Source: Emiliania huxleyi CCMP1516 (Eukaryota). From it: a DNA stretch of 61,958 nucleotides. Positions 60,899 through 61,958 of the stretch are shown piece after piece. The DNA is taken from the NCBI RefSeq assembly GCF_000372725.1, contig NW_005202427.1, positions 701,090 through 763,047 on the forward strand, written 5' to 3'. Below the pieces are notes generated by a model. It saw nothing but the letters and a program-made list of their open reading frames with translations, was not told the origin of the DNA and did not search any database. The position numbers were made by a program, and so were the translations under genes. Position 1 is the first letter of the stretch, and the number at the start of each line of letters is the position of its first letter.

Positions 60899-61958
60899 CG
60901 AGCGAGGAGGAGCTCGTGGTGGCCCCATGCGCCGGCGCGGCGGCGGCGTCGACGTCGACGTCGGTGGCGAGTCCGACGAGGAGGACGAGGTCGGCGTTGC
61001 GCAGGCAGCGGCGCGTCCAGTCCGAGGGGAAGGGGTCGGCGCGGCAGAGGAGGAGCTGGTGGCGGGACTCGAGGGCGGCGAGGTGGAGGGAGAGCTCGAT
61101 CTCGCCGAACGGCGCGAAGGTGGCGAGCGCGATGTCGAGCTCTTCGTGCAGCGAGCCCGAGGAGAGGAGCAGCGTCCGCACGCGCATCAGCTGCAGCGCG
61201 CGGTGCAGCGCGCCACACCTAATTAACAGTGAGTTAACAGTGAAGTAACAGTCAGTTAATAGCGCGCGGTGCAGCGCGCCACACATGTAGTCGAGGGCGC
61301 GGGAGAGGTCCTTGCCGGAGGAGAGGGGGAGCAGGCAGACGGTCCGCACGTCGCGCGCCGGCGCGGGCATCCCCGCCGGAAGCCCCGCTGCCGGCGCGGG
61401 GCCGCGGGCGCGCCGCGCGAGCCGCCGGCCGAGGGCGAGCAGGAGCTGCGGGTGGCCGACGGCGGCGGCGCGGATGACCGAAGCGGAGAGGGAGATGACC
61501 TGCGTGTCGCGCACGGCCACCGCCCTCCGCGCGCCCGAGCGCGTGTTGAGGAGCACATCCTCCTCGCCGTATCTGCAGAGGACAGAGGGGGGCGGGCCGG
61601 TCCAGAGGAGGAGAGGGCCGACGGTGGACAGCCGCGCGGGGGGCGGCGCACTAGTCACGCGCGAGCAGCTCGGACGAGACATGGGGAGAGAGGGGGGGAG
61701 ATGGGGAGAGATGGGGAGAGATGAGGAGAGGTGGGGAGATACGGGGAGATATGAGGAGATATGCGCACGAGTCACGGGCGAGCAGCTCGGACGAGCCGCT
61801 CGGGGGCGCGCCTCCCGCCGCCGCCGCCGCCGCGCCGTCGGCAGGCTCGTTCTCCGAGGCCGCGAAGAGGCGCAGCCGGCCGCACTGCACGATGAGCACG
61901 CTCGGCTCGCCGTCGAGGTCGTCGGTGGCCTGCCCGCGGCCAGAGGGAGTGAGGCGCT
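58549..61958 (-). CDS. NTE/PNPLA6-7-like lysophospholipase (cNMP-binding + patatin), 5' part outside window
   Basis: WTRRCLRNADLVLLVG, RLARSLAGMTFGLVLGGGGA, LLCDGGYVNNLPADV, IIAVDV and LYLRPAVQNFGLL. Confidence 0.9.
59616..59923. other. assembly gap (N run)
   Basis: Run of N. Confidence 1.
60148..60193. repeat. (GA)n microsatellite in intron
   Basis: Seen directly. Confidence 0.95.

Overview
This is GC-rich, intron-rich eukaryotic nuclear DNA with two N gaps. The many GC-AG introns, 10-11 bp intronic tandem repeats and plastid-related genes suggest a haptophyte such as Emiliania/Gephyrocapsa huxleyi (inference). Spliced genes I can support: DUF547 protein, ZIP metal transporter, rhomboid protease, BSD protein, PH/polyproline/WH2-like protein, FkbM methyltransferase, BRF1 (with a SAP motif), a beta-propeller plus substrate-binding membrane protein, truncated GUN4, Tic22, a two-domain glycosyltransferase and a partial NTE/patatin. 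Mobile or relic DNA includes four fragments of an RLE-type non-LTR retroelement family (one next to an isolated 28S rRNA piece) and a TIR/TSD-bounded MITE that splits a 2OG-Fe(II) oxygenase pseudogene. Two observations stand out. (1) A giant multi-pass receptor has tandem cytoplasmic TIR domains, and its beta-helix ectodomain is built from phase-0 cassette exons that look more divergent than their near-identical introns, making it a candidate diversifying immune receptor. (2) Many introns consist of a duplicated exon edge plus a 10-11 bp repeat array, a candidate intron-birth mechanism. All domain calls come from motif recognition by eye, not from database searches.
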